Source of the DNA: Octopus bimaculoides
Lineage: Eukaryota
NCBI RefSeq assembly: GCF_001194135.2
Contig: NC_068994.1
Location: 3,882,793-3,946,792, forward strand
Direction of reading: 5' to 3'
Length of the DNA stretch: 64,000 bases
Shown here one piece after another: positions 1 through 12,428 of the stretch (position 1 is the stretch's first letter; each line of letters starts with the position of its first letter). The notes under the pieces are model-generated. The model had not been told where the DNA came from and did not search any database. It saw only the letters and a program-made list of their open reading frames with translations. Position numbers and translations under genes: made by a program.

Positions 1-434
1 CCTCTGCTACTCACATTAATATATGCAAGGTAGAAAGAGAAAGAAAGAGACCGAATACTGCGTCTATTATTGATTAAGATAGATCGATCTAATAATGAGC
101 AGATGTATCATGAATTGCTATATATCTGAATCGTTTCTTGATCGGTGTATATTTTTAGAATTATATATTATACGATCTATGGGTGTGTGTATGTTTGCGT
201 ATATCTATACATTTATATAATATATTATACATTTTTACATATATAATATATTATATATATTTATGTAATATATAATATATATATTATATATATAAATAAA
301 TATATANNNNNNNNNNATATATATATTATATATATATAATAAAATATACATGTATACAATATATATTCTATATAATATATAAATGTATATATTAGAATAT
401 ATGATATATATTACAAAATACATATGTAGATATA

Positions 435-483
<49 letters not shown>

Positions 484-498
484 CATACATATATATAA

Positions 499-530
<32 letters not shown>

Positions 531-644
531 GTATACACACATATGTATGTAATATGAATTTATGTATATAAATATATATGTATATATATATATTGTATTT
601 TTTAAAGAGTTCACACATACAAACCTTTGTGTACCTCTGTATAT

Positions 645-1685
645 ATCATCATCATCATGATCGTTTAACGTCCGCTTTCCATGCTAGTATGGGTTGGACG
701 ATTTGACTGAGGACTGGTGCAACCGGATGGCTACACCAGGCTCCAATCTAATTTGGCAGAGTTTCTACAGCTGGATGCCCTTCCTAACGCCAACCACTCA
801 GAGAGTGTAGTGGGTGCTTTTACGTGTCACCCGCACGAAAACGGCCACGCTCGAAACGGTGTCTTTTATGTGCCACCCGCACAAGAGCCAGTCCAGGGGC
901 ACTGGCAACGATCTCGCTCGAAAACCCTACAAGGCCAGTCAGGCGGTACTGGCAACGGTCACGCTCAGNNNNNNNNNNNNNNNNNNNNNNNNNNNNNNNN
1001 NNNNNNNNNNNNNNNNNNNNNNNNNNNNNNNNNNNNNNNNNNNNNNNNNNNNNNNNNNNNNNNNNNNNNNNNNNNNNNNNNNNNNNNNNNNNNNNNNNNN
1101 NNNNNNNNNNNNNNNNNNNNNNNNNNNNNNNNNNNNNNNNNNNNNNNNNNNNNNNNNNNNNNNNNNNNNNNNNNNNNNNNNNNNNNNNNNNNNNNNNNNN
1201 NNNNNNNNNNNNNNNNNNNNNNNNNNNNNNNNNNNNNNNNNNNNNNNNNNNNNNNNNNNNNNNNNNNNNNNNNNNNNNNNNNNNNNNNNNNNNNNNNNNN
1301 NNNNNNTACCTCTTCCACGGGTTCCCTCAACTGTTAGGGAGTGGCACTTTTTCACGCAGCTATCCTCATTCATTCTCACCACATGTCCAAACCAGCGCAA
1401 TCGTCTCTCTTGCACACCACTACTGACGCTTCTTATGTTCAGCTTTCCTCTCAAGATACTTACACTCTGACGGGTATGCACATTTACATTACACATCCAG
1501 CGGAGCATACTGGCTTCATTCCTTGCGAGCTTACGCATGTCCTCAGCAGTCACAGCCCATGTTTCACTGCCATGTAGCATGGCTGTTCGTACACATGCGT
1601 CATATAGTCTGCCTTTTACCCTGAGTGAGAGTCCCTTTGTCGCCAGCAGAGGTAAGAGCTCTCTAAACTTGGCCCAGGCTTTCAT
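645..1685 (-). mobile_element. 5'-truncated RTE-clade LINE (ORF2 C-terminus, 3'UTR, (GAT)n tail), interrupted by gap 969-1306
   Basis: Translation KFRELLPLL...LHGSETW...RLRWFGHVVRM...EGTRGRG is typical of the RTE post-RT region; the 3' tail ends in (ATC)n on the plus strand at about 645-660. Confidence 0.9.
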
Positions 1686-2074
1686 AACTATACATAATTA
1701 TGTTTATATAATTCCATTACATATAACCAAACATCCACACCTGAATGGATGCAGAATTATGAATAATTTAATTGATTTTGTACTAAATATAGTTTATTTG
1801 TAAAAGAAGTCTCTTTAAGTGGTAGTTCAAAGACAATTATATTAATAACAAGTGATGTTAGGGAGAATAGTGGATAGAATCAACACTAGGGATTGAACTC
1901 CCTTTCTGCAGATTGCCGTATGCCTGCTTTTGATCAGTGCTGTGCGCAAAACAGCCCTTCAGTCAATTTTGAATTATTCAGGTGTTGAATATATTTAACA
2001 TAGGCAATGTGGCTGATGCCAGTGTCATATACAGAGCACCATTCTAGAGTTGGGCCTCACAAAGGCAATGTAGC

Positions 2075-2235
2075 TATTGCCGGTGGCATGTAAAAAAGCA
2101 CCCATTTCATTCTCGGAGTGGTTAGCATTAAGAAGGGTCCCCAGCCATAGAAACCATGTCAAATCAGACTGGAGTTTGGTGCAGCCCTGGTCAAACTGTC
2201 CAACCCATGGATAACGGATGTTAAATGATAATGAT
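2075..2235 (+). mobile_element. RTE-LINE 3' tail / RTE-tail SINE fragment
   Basis: Same tail as 645-968 in the opposite orientation (AAGGG..CCAGC..AGAAAC...CAACCCATG...GTTAAATGAT). Confidence 0.75.
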
Positions 2236-2461
2236 ATTATTATTATTCAGGTCACAACAAACAAGATGAGGACAAATATCTGTCAAATATAAATAATGTA
2301 CATAATTCCTCATCTCTTAAATATAGAATTGTATTGCTCATGTCATTCACAAATGGCTGAATGCTCACTTTTCCAGGAGATGGAAGGGTCATTGTTGTCC
2401 ACATGAGCAGCCAGCCAAAAGTCCCAACTTAACATCCTGTGACTTCTTTATTTGGTATTGG

Positions 2462-2680
2462 TTAAGCCTTTTGTTATCGTATTTCTGTTGAGATGCTCTG
2501 TGTTTCTTTCAATTTATTTTAAATTTAACAAAGAATTTAATAAAATAACTTAGTTATCATTAAGCTAGTGTTAGGAACATAAATTGTGACTAAGGTTTAG
2601 TGGAAGATTTTTAATTCAGAACTTTTGAAAACCTGACATTTGTACTACAGAGCCAGAAGCAGTTTCAGGTGGGTTTTCTG
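2462..2680. mobile_element. piggyBac-type MITE family 1, degenerate right end
   Basis: Starts TTAA-GCCTTTTGTTA; internal sequence matches the intact copy at 12202-12424. Confidence 0.8.
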
Positions 2681-2699
2681 GCAGAACTGTGTAGCAACA

Positions 2700-3036
2700 G
2701 ATCACCAGCAATTGCTTCATCAGAAATTGCCGTCCTACCTCCTGCGAAAAGGAATTACCCTGCTATGTTTATACAAGGCAGCGCAAAAAGTTGTTTTGCC
2801 CAAGCATTTCTATAGCCAATTAGACGGATGAAATTTACGTACGCTTAATAATGTTACGCAAAACAGCCTTCAGACTTTCCCTATTAATTTCATCGTCTTT
2901 TGAATTATGAACATATTTACATCATAAGGGTTTTTTCGTTGTAAGGCTTTCTTTTTTAGTTGATTTTCACCTAGCAAGACTTATTGTAGATGGCGTAATA
3001 AGTCACACCCGGACAACGTCGGGTTATACTGCTAGT
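2700..3036 (+). mobile_element. Helitron-like non-autonomous element (3' end recognised, 5' end uncertain)
   Basis: GC hairpin ACCCG-GACAACGT-CGGGT (3007-3024) followed after 7 nt by CTAG|T (3032-3036), the canonical Helitron 3' terminus. Confidence 0.5.
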
Positions 3037-3469
3037 GGCTGATAAAAACAACGCCCAAATTTGGTGTTAAATTATGAAGTGACTTTTATAATCCAAGCAT
3101 AGAGAAGATAAATGCTTTGGGTAATTATAATTTTTATTTAATCAATAAATCACTGTTTATATCCCTTATTGATAAATGCTGGTTAAAAATCAATAACAAA
3201 TCAAGTGTTAATAGGCTGCACTCAAGCAACATGGAAGAAAGAGGTATATTATTACTAAACTTGAGTCTGCAGCAAATTCCTTTTCAAGAGAGACACTACA
3301 AGCTGACCAATAAAAAAAGATAAGAAAAGAAACTATAATGAAGCTTTTGTTGCTTCTGGTTTCATTTGGAGAGAATTTAAGATTGAACCCAGGTGGTCTT
3401 TGTATATTAAACAGAGGAGGGAAGGTTTCAAGTTTTAGCAACTTAAAAATCTAAATGAATTTCAAAGCA

Positions 3470-4205
3470 CCAATTTCAAATGAAGAATATTTTGGAAGAA
3501 ATGTTTGGAACTAAATCAAAGAACAACTTTTACGTAACTGGATGCATGTCACCTGCATTCGTTAGTCAATACCTAATACAGGTAACACATTCTGGCAAAG
3601 AAACTCTTAACCACACAACCACACTTGTGCCTTTATTTTCATCGTTTACGTCAAAAAGCCAGAATGTGTTACCTGCATCAGGTATTGACTAGCAAGTGCA
3701 GGTGACATGCATCCAGTTACGTAAAAGTTAACAAAGCACCAAATACAAAGGATTTGGTAAAATGGTTGGTTGATAATGAAATTATTCAAGAAATATTGAT
3801 AACACACCACTTTTTAATGACACAATTTCATGGTTTATTCATGAAATGTCAAATTCTTGTGAAACTCGGCTAATAAGCTGGATTGAAATGAGCTGCACAG
3901 TCACTTTTCAAATGGATGAGTCAACCGACTTTGCTGATATNNNNNNNNNNATATTAATTTAATTCATTTATGGGAGAAGAAATGAATTTTCTTTCAAAAT
4001 TTGTTTTAGAATTTGTACAGAAGGAGCAGCAGCTGTGGAGGGGGGACATTTCTGATTCTGTTACCAGAATAAAACAGAAAAAAAAAATCAAAGTCGAATA
4101 TAACCATTGTTGCCTTCATCCATAATATTTTGCGATTGTGGAGAAACATTTGCTTCAAGAGTAGAAATTAGTTGTTAAACAATGTTATAAGATAGTTCAG
4201 TTTTG
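3470..4205 (+). pseudogene. Decayed hAT (Buster/Charlie, ZBED5/SCAND3-like) transposase fragment
   Basis: Frameshifted pieces PLFNDTIS..HEMS, FQMDESTD, CFRICTEGAAAV, HCCLH resemble hAT motifs LSNDTV.RRI..MS, QLDESTD, ICTDGA.AM, HC..H. Confidence 0.75.
3525..3729. repeat. Foldback element/MITE: 72-bp inverted arms (3525-3596, 3658-3729) with a 61-nt loop
   Basis: Arms are identical at 67/72 positions; AAC flanks both sides (possible 3-bp TSD). Confidence 0.9.
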
Positions 4206-4427
4206 TATTTGGTTGGCGAGGTTTTCAATGTGAACTCATGTGGTGAAGCAAATCTTATTGTATCTCGGGAGGGTCATTGTGCCAATAATAACCACAAGCA
4301 CTGGTTCTATTTCACTTGCTAAGTACCAGTGAAACACTGGGGTCGAGGTAATCAACCAAAATTAAGGCCTTTTGCCTTTAGTAGAAAGGATTATTATTAT
4401 CATTATTATTATTGTATACAAGCATAT

Positions 4428-4750
4428 ATGATGGGCTTCTTTCAGTTTCTGTTTACCAAATCCACACGCAAAGCTTTGGTCGAGCCACCGCTATAGTCAG
4501 CTATTTCTGACTCACACTTGTGTGTGTGTGTGCCTGTCTTTGTCCCCCACCACCGTTTGACAACCAGTGTTGGTGTGTTTCTGTTCACACGACTTAGTGG
4601 TTCAGCAAAAGAGAACCAATAGAATAAGTACAGGCTTAAAAACAAAAACCCCAAAAAACAAGTACTGGGGCTGATTCATCCGACTAAAAATTCTTCAAAA
4701 CAGTGCCCCAGCATGACCGCAGTCTAATGATTGAAACAAGCAAAAGATCA
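4428..4750. mobile_element. tRNA-derived SINE family A, rearranged copy (5' part inverted relative to 3' part)
   Basis: 4428-4500 is the reverse complement of the SINE-A middle; 4520-4750 matches the SINE-A 3' half of the copy at 8831-9167. Confidence 0.7.
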
Positions 4751-5599
4751 AAGATGTCACCTCCATAATTGTGCTTCCCTGTTTGTTATTCTAAATCAAC
4801 CAACAAACACAAGAAATAAACCTCTTTATTCATCACATTTCCAGAACCTTCTGTGGCATAGAAAACACCATTCTCTTTCTCTTAAAATCAATGTAATTTC
4901 ATAGATTTATTTCAAACACAGTAGACACCAACAGAGGTTTATATTTCATTATATCATACTTAGAATATATATATATTTATATTTAATTAGATAATATCTT
5001 TCTTTCTTAATGAGAACAGACAGCTGATGTGGTTTAATTAATTTTTAAAATTATTAAGAATGCAAAAGTATATTAAAATAATTGTAATATATCTTATTGA
5101 ATTGATCATTAATCTGTTGTTGGTATTGATTTTCTGTATATGCACAGCATTGAAAGAATAATGAGTGGAAGTAGTTTGTTGATTAAAATTTTAACCCTAG
5201 AATATTACAGGTATTTTGTTCTCTTGACTTGCCCACTTCTGTCACCACTGGAAGGATGAAAGGTAAAGTTCACCTTGGCATCACTCTGTTTAGTTGTGTT
5301 TTGTTGAGGGTGTGACATTTTAGTGCTGGGGTCACAAAATCTACCCGATACATCTTGTAGGGTGGTTGGTATGAGGAAGAGCTTCCAGTTATCGAAATAA
5401 TGGCAACACATAATCTCCCATCTAGATAGACATTAACTCCAGTGAGTTAAGGCCCACCTAGATCTGTGAGTCTTAACTGGGGTCCATAAGGCCTTTTTGG
5501 GTCCTTGTAAGTCTCCTGATGACAATGGGCTTCCAAGTGAGATTTACAAGAATGGTGAGCCTCACCTCACATTCCATCTTCACTCTTTGCTTCTCCTCT

Positions 5600-6140
5600 G
5601 TTGGCAAGGGAACATTATACCTGACAGGTGAAAACACTCCAAAAGTGTCACAATCTACAAGCACAAGGAAGAGTTCACCAACAGCAGGGGAATCTCTCTT
5701 CTGGATAATGCTGGCAAGAGTCTCTCATGTATTCTCCTCTGAGGTCTTCTATTTCCTGTTGTCAACTTGGTTATGGCTGAGTCCCAGGATGGATTTCAAC
5801 CAGAGAGAAGCACTTCTGACATATTTGGAACTGGTCTTCTTTGAAATGTGTCACGAACAGCAGAGAGACATGTTACACCGTCATTTGATGTAAGAAAGGT
5901 GTCTTTGACATGGTCAACCATCCTATGTTGTGGGACCTGCTTCAGGAGTTTGGCTATCCACTAGTTTTTCTCTTGATCGTCCAGAAGTCGCATGACGGGA
6001 TGCAAAAGAGAATGACACTGAGCGGTGAAGCCTCAGAATCCTTTGATGTCCAGGTGGGAGCAAAACAAGGATGTCTCCTTGCTCCTGTACTGGTGCCTAC
6101 TCTTTGCTTGGTCTTCAAGTGAATCATCAATAGACTGAAG
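5600..6140 (+). pseudogene. Decayed RTE/BovB-like reverse transcriptase fragment
   Basis: Pieces RGISLL..AGK, ESQDGFQPERST, FDMVNH..LW.LL..FGYP, GAKQGCLLAP match the RTE RT motifs ESQCGFR, AFD.V, GVKQGC.LAP. Confidence 0.8.
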
Positions 6141-6739
6141 ATGGGTACAGCCATCCGGTAGAAACCGGTAGAATAAGTACTGGGGATCAATTCATTCGAC
6201 TAAAACATCAAGGCCGTGCTCCGCATGGCCGCAATCTAATGACTGAAACAAGTAGAAACTAAAAGGTGTATGTGTGTGTGTAGTGTCTTATTGAGTAAGT
6301 ATAAACGTGCGTGTGTGTGTGTGTGTGTTTAAGGAAATTCCTTTCTCTGCCAGAAGCAACATCGCAAAGTAAAGAGAGGCAGAACGAAGAAAGGAGGGGG
6401 TGACAAAGGAAAGAGAGAGAGAGGAAGACTCTAGCTAAACAATAGAGTGTGTATGGCTGTGTGTGTGTCGACAATTAAAGAGTCGTCGGAAGGAAGCCTT
6501 AAGAAGGTCAGCCAGGCTTCCCGTCTTCTTCTCCCTTTGCCAAACACTTTTAGTCAGTCGTCTTCCCGACGTGTGTCTGACGCGCAGCCTTCTCATACCT
6601 ATGTGTGTGTGTGTGTGTGTGTGTGAGTATATTTTTACTTCTGTGTGTGTGTGCATCGGTGTTTTTCTGTGTGTTATGCGAGTGTATGTTTCTGTGTGTG
6701 TGTGTGTGTTCATGGCGAACAAGCGCGCGAGAAAGAAAG

Positions 6740-7620
6740 CTAAATGATTAGAGATAGAGAGGTACAAGAGTGTGGGAAGAAAGTAGATAGGTATAGATGT
6801 AGGAGAGAGGGACCGAGAAATAGAAGGAAGAGATAAGCGGGAAAGAACAGAGAGAGAGAGAGAGTGTGTGTGTGTGTGTGAGACAAATGCACAAGAGATG
6901 AAGAGGAGAAGATAAAGAGAGAGAGAGAGGGAGGGTAGGGAATATGTGAGTAAGTGAAATTAAGAGAAAGAGATACAGGTAATAGATTGAGCGAGGAGGA
7001 GGAGGGACAAATAAAGAAGCCACAAAATAAGGAGTAGGAGGAAAGTATACAATGAGAGGAGAAGTATGAGTGTAGAGGTAAAAGAAAAACCAAAGAGGAC
7101 GATAAGGAAGAGGAAACAGAAAGACAGTGTGTGTGTGAGTAACAAGTAGAAAGGATCGGGAGGAGGAAGGGCGAGGAGATAAGTAGAAAGGGGAAGGTAT
7201 GAAATATAAGGGGAGAGAGAGAGAGAGAGAGACTGACACTGAGAGAAAGAGAGGAAGTTGCCGATGGAGAAAGGATAGATATCTGAGAGACGGGGAGAAA
7301 TAGATAGAGAAATGTGTGGAGAAAGAGAGAGAGAGAAGAGAAATAATATGGTAAATAGATAAAGAGAGAAGAGAGAAAAAGTGGCTAAAAGAAATGGATG
7401 AAGAGGAGAGTGAAGGGGAAATAGACAGGAAAAGGTGTGGGAAGACGGAAAGAGAGAGGAACAGGAAGAGGATGAGAGAGCGAATAAGAAGCAATAAAGA
7501 GAGAAAATAAATGATAGAGCAAAAGAAAGCGAGAGAGAGAGAGAGAGAGAGAGAGGTGAGAGGATAAGTATGGAAGAAAGGAGGGAACATAATGGTGGAG
7601 AATAGAGCTATAAAATACAC
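6740..7620 (+). repeat. Long purine-rich (GA/GAA/GGA) low-complexity tract
   Basis: About 880 nt that is almost entirely A/G on the plus strand, with embedded (GA)n and (GT)n. Confidence 0.9.
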
Positions 7621-7930
7621 CACATTCAACACACAAATATGTGTGTGTGTAGATAGAGGTGTATATATCTGTCTTTCTTCAAAGACCTAGAGATAAGAAG
7701 TTTTTTCTCCCATTTCTTTCTCTCCGTTTCTCCATCATTAAATTCTTAAGTTTTCATTTAGCCTCAGCTCAGCGAAACTTCGAAGTCACAGTCAACTAAG
7801 AGAGAGAGAGAGAAAAGGTGTTTGAGGGGGAGTAAGAAGGTTTGGGTGAAAGATGGAGAGGGGAAGATGGAAGGGAGATACTTTTACTCAATTTCAGTAA
7901 TTCAACTGTGGCCATGATGGAGCACCGCAT

Positions 7931-7964
<34 letters not shown>

Positions 7965-8830
7965 TGTGAGCGGTGATGATGTTGGTGATAATGATGGTGA
8001 TGCCGACGGTAGTGATGGATGCCTGAAGTGGAAGGTGAAACAATATATTTTTTAAATAAAAGGGAAGTAAAATATATATGGATCTCGGTGGCTTTTCCCA
8101 ACCTCAGCATCTGGCGGAAAGGGAAGCCAGCCAGCGACCCCAATCACACCGATATAGTAATAGCATAAGACACTCGTTGTCGACACCTCCATTACACATA
8201 CAAACACACACACACATCGTCAATGCTAGCATCACGTATAGACCCACACATACACATATCTTCAATCATCCCAAACGACACACACACATATACACATCCT
8301 CACATACACACATAACCATAAAATACACATCGCAAATACTCATTGCTATACACACGTATAAACATATAGACTTCTACACACACACACATACATACATACA
8401 CAGGCATGGCCAACCTCGTCGCCATCACGAGGACCCAGGCTGCTATAAGTACAACTAACGTAATATATAGATGCAGGCGTACATCACTAGGTGTGCAGCA
8501 GTGTGCNNNNNNNNNNNNNNNNNNNNNNNNNNNNNNNNNNNNNNNNNNNNNNNNNNNNNNNNNNNNNNNNNNNNNNNNNNNNNNNNNNNNNNNNNNNNNN
8601 NNNNNNNNNNNNNNNNNNNNNNNNNNNNNNNNNNNNNNNNNNNNNNNNNNNNNNNNNNNNNNNNNNNNNNNNNNNNNNNNNNNNNNNNNNNNNNNNNNNN
8701 NNNNNNNNNNNNNNNNNNNNNNNNNNNNNNNNNNNNNNNNNNNNNNNNNNNNNNNNNNNNNNNNNNNNNNNNNNNNNNNNNNNNNNNNNNNNNNNNNNNN
8801 NNNNNNNNNNNNNNNNNNNNNNNNNNNNNN

Positions 8831-9167
8831 AAGTGCAGGAGTGGCTGTGTGGTAAGAAGCTTGCTTACCAACCATTTGGTTCCAGGTTCAGTCCCACTGC
8901 GTGGCACCTTGGGCAAGTGTCTTCTACTATAGCCTCGGGCCAACCAAAGCCTTGTGAGTGGATTTGGTAGACGGAAACTGAAAGAAGCCCATCGTATATA
9001 TCTATGTGTGTGTGTGTTTGTTTGTCCCCGTAACTTAGCGGTTCGGCAAAAGAGACCGATAGAATAAGTACTAGGCTTACGAAGAATAAGTCCTGGGGTT
9101 GATTTGCCTGACTAAATGCAGTGCTCCAGCATGGCCACAGTCATATGACTGAAACAAGTAAAAGAGA
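8831..9167 (+). mobile_element. tRNA-derived SINE family A, near full-length
   Basis: A-box-like TGGCTGTGTGG, B-box-like GGTTCAGTCCC, internal (TG)n, tail ending GACTGAAACAAGTAAAAGAG. Many other copies or heads: 20500-20585, 24235-24350, 32685-33380, 34025-34100, 36680-36795, 38700-38915, 40935-41110, 54232-54395, 56035-56200, 58745-58880. Confidence 0.9.
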
Positions 9168-9871
9168 GCTTACGTGATAACAGTAAACCTACTTTTGGGC
9201 CACCCTGTACAACTAGTGGGAGACAATCACCACCAGACCATAGGACTTTGGTCTTCTATGCATCACAAAACTAATGAGAGATTCTCTCGTGCTCAGCATC
9301 GCAGTATTGTGTGTTCTAACACAACATCCACTTTTAATTTTACCTTTTGGCCTTAATAATGCTTCTGTTGCTTTAATTATACCTCATACAATCTGCCCTT
9401 CAACGAGAGAGCATCTTGTCCTTTGTCGGCGGCAGATGAATTAACTTCCTGGATGTCTTCCACTGGCTGCTATGTTGTACCATGTTTCCACAACACTGAT
9501 CTCCATTGTTAATAAAATCCCCTAACAGAAGCTGTCTCATACTTCTAGGTCCCTTCACAGGCATTAGAATATATTCTATGGGTTATCTTACTGCTTATCT
9601 ACTCCCGTGAACATGCTTGCATATGGAAACCCCCTTTTCTCTCTGTGCATGTGTCCCCTGCTACATGTCTTCTGTGCCCCTATTTAATTTGATACACAGT
9701 ACATAAGGCTGTAGTTACATAGTTTCTACATATTGAACAGGACCACTTCTTAAATAGTAAAAGACTGTATATTCTTTACATCTAAGGCTTTGGTTTTTGC
9801 TAAGGTGGCATTGACATTAACTGTCAAAGTTAACCGTCTAATGTCAAGACCACAATCACAACTACTGCAAG

Positions 9872-10660
9872 TCGTCATTTAACGTCCACTGGCATGGGTT
9901 GGATGGTTTGACTGAAGGCTGCCCCAGGCAAAGTTTCTACAACTGGATGCCCTTCCTAACACCAACCACTCCGAGTGTAGTAGGTGCTTTTTATGTGCTA
10001 ACAGCAAGAGGGTCAGTCAGGTTGTACTGGCATCAACCGTACTCAAATGGTGCATTTTACGTGTCACCAGCACGGGACCAGTAAGGCAGCACTGGCATCA
10101 ACCATGCTCAAATGGTGCATTCTATGTGCCACCAGCACGGGTGTCAATAAGGTGGTACTCTCATCGGCTACAACAATGACTTCACTTAACTCAACAGGTC
10201 TTCGCAAGCACAGTTTATTGCCCAAATTTTGAAGGGTACTCTTAAATGGGTTGGTTGTGCTACACTGGTATAAGCCACGGTTACAGTCTCACTTGGCCTG
10301 CCAGGTCTTCTCAAGCAGGTCCTATTTGTTAGCAATTACAGCAACACAACTACCATGTGTATGTACTGGGACCTACTTATCAACAATTAGAGCTACCTCA
10401 GGTGTCTTGCCATTATATGACCCTCACTATTTAACAATCACATCTACTTTAAGTTGTATCCTTCCTGGCTCTATCCTAAAATCTCTAATGACATCTATTC
10501 CATCATTAGCACAATTTCAATTTTGTTCTTCCATCTTAAAATGGGTTGCACACATCTCCATGAGTTCCGGCCCACATCATTTCTTCCTCTTCTGCAAACT
10601 TTCAATAGGATCACTCTTCTTTTCTGCTGAAATACACACGGCCTTCGTCTCTTGATTCAG
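9872..10660 (-). mobile_element. Degenerate RTE-LINE 3' end with internal short tandem repeats
   Basis: Tail (TTTAACGTCC...CATGGGTTGGATGG...GATGCCCTTCCTAAC) and repeated TTTTA(T/C)GTG(C/T)CACCAGCACGG units as in 645-968. Confidence 0.7.
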
Positions 10661-11119
10661 TTTAAGAATAATGATTAATTTACAAAAATAATTGTCATTA
10701 AGAAACTGTTGTTTGGAACATAAATTAACATGAAAGTGTTTTGTTCAAATCACTTTAAAACAGGAAGTTTGTATCATGGCACCAAAAGTGGTTTCAGGTG
10801 GGTTGGTATCAAAAATGAAACTCTGTGAGACATTATCATAAGGTTCGGCCACATATTTTGGAACAGAATTTCAAAGAATCTTCTAGATCCAGCTGACATA
10901 AGTGCCCCCTGTGATCTCTGTACTGTCATGGCGTTACTCATCTTCTTGTACCTTGAAAGTGAGCCCTAACACCTCAGCATCACCATTTCTCTTCTCTTTG
11001 CAGCCAGGGTCACCATGAGCTCCTTCCTCTTCAGCAAGACACCTGTTCCTCTCCCCCTGGCATATACTAACTTCTGAATACTGACCATAAAGCCACCTCC
11101 TAGACGTGTCATGTCTTCC

Positions 11120-11910
11120 AGGTTGCCAGTGTCACGTAAAAAGCAACCAGTACACTCTACAAAGTGGCTTGTGTTAGGAAATGGCACCCAGTTGTAGAAA
11201 TCCTGCCAAAGCAGACAGTGGAGTTTGACACAGCTCCCTTGGTCTTAAGATCCTTTCAAACTGTACAACCCATGCCAGCATGGAAGACAGGCATTAATGA
11301 TGTCGGTTTGACCTCTGTAACAGCTGACCTCACTCTCATAGTCAGACATTTAGTGTGACCTCTGTGGTAGTTAGAGTGGATTTGGTAGACAAAAACGTGA
11401 AGATGTCCATCATATATATACGTGTGCACGTATGTCTATATATCAATTAGGCCTGATAGTACTTTGAATAGCATCAACAGAAACAGCCGTCAGATGAGAT
11501 ATTGTCTTTTTTATGATCAATAAATGATAATTGATGTTTATCAATTATCAATTTTATCTCCATTTTCTTTTTTACTTTATATATTTATATATGTGTGTGT
11601 GTAAGTGATATGGATGTGCATGTATGTATACATGCATATGGCTGTGTGAGTATTAGTGTTTCTTGGCTTTGACGCCATGTGACAGCTGTAAACAAGCAAT
11701 ACCATCCTGCAAGCATCGTCCTTCATTTCCAGTTTCTTGTGGAAAGCATGTATGGCCACGGGGGGGGGGGGGATATGACCTTGCTTGGGAAACAAGTGAG
11801 GGTTGGTGACAGGAATAGCATCCAGCTGTAGAAAATCAGCCTCAACAAATTCCATCCGAGACTCCATGTGAGCAGGGGGGAAAAATGGACATCAAACAAT
11901 GCAGATGATG
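11120..11910 (+). mobile_element. Two RTE-tail-type retroposon fragments (11120-11305; variant tail 11720-11910)
   Basis: Shared motifs CCAG(C/T)TGTAGAAA and CCATGCCAGCATGGAA; the variant tail recurs at 20270-20400 (-), 24750-24875 (+) and 58960-59125 (+). Confidence 0.7.
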
Positions 11911-11959
11911 GTCCACCATTGTCACAAACAAAAAAGCAATACAGAGATAACCTCTTTTC

Positions 11960-12110
11960 CGTGAAGGCCCATGGTTTAGCAGTTGGGGTTTTCAGCTCAT
12001 GATCATAAAGTCACAAGTTCAATTTCTAGCAGTGTGTTTTACTCCTTAAGCAAGACACTTTATTTCATGTTGCTCCAGTCCACTCAGCTGGCAAAAATGA
12101 GTAATTCCAG
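11960..12110 (+). mobile_element. tRNA-derived SINE, third family ('F')
   Basis: GAAGGC..TGGTTTAG head and GCAAGACACTTTATTTC..GCTCCAGTCCACTCAGCTGGCAAAAATGAGT; reverse copies at about 24400-24590 and 40495-40605. Confidence 0.65.
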
Positions 12111-12197
12111 GGTGGGGAATATGCCACAGAATCTGGGAAAAAGGCCTTGGGAATGTCCTTCAATCCTTTTTTGTTGAAACTCTCTTCTGTCTTCTTT

Positions 12198-12428
12198 TTA
12201 ACCCTTTCGTTACCATATTTTTGTTGAGATGCTCTGTGGTTCTTCCAATTAATTTTAAATACAACAAAGAATTTAGTAAAATAACTTAGTTATCATTCAG
12301 TTTAGTGTTAGGAACATAAATTGTGACTAAAGTTTGGTGGAAGATTTTAATTCAAAACTTATGGAAACAAGACATTTGTACTACAGAGCCAGAAGCAGTT
12401 TCAGCTGGGTTGGTAACGAAAGGGTTAA
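12198..12428. mobile_element. Intact piggyBac-type MITE family 1 (223 bp)
   Basis: TTAA (12198-12201) + perfect 14-bp TIR CCCTTTCGTTACCA ... TGGTAACGAAAGGG + TTAA (12425-12428). Confidence 0.92.

Noticed and set aside
235-618. Numerous Y/I/H/T/C/V-rich ORFs in the track (also 13118-13700, 35372-36035, 37139-38525, 42719-46434, 51153-53647)
   Set aside because: Translations of (TA)n/(CA)n/(TG)n microsatellites, which lack stops in some frames; not genes.
717-1470. Long ORFs spanning N runs (also 8300-8970, 41462-42328, 43196-43909, 46838-47776, 54731-55522)
   Set aside because: Length is produced by gap characters.
6748-7632. 294-aa and 187-aa F/L/S-rich 'membrane protein' ORFs (6748-7632, 29270-29833)
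   Set aside because: Reverse translation of polypurine tracts.
8831-8910. tRNA-like A/B boxes at many SINE heads
   Set aside because: They continue into SINE bodies and do not form a full cloverleaf; no genuine tRNA, rRNA or snRNA gene was recognised.
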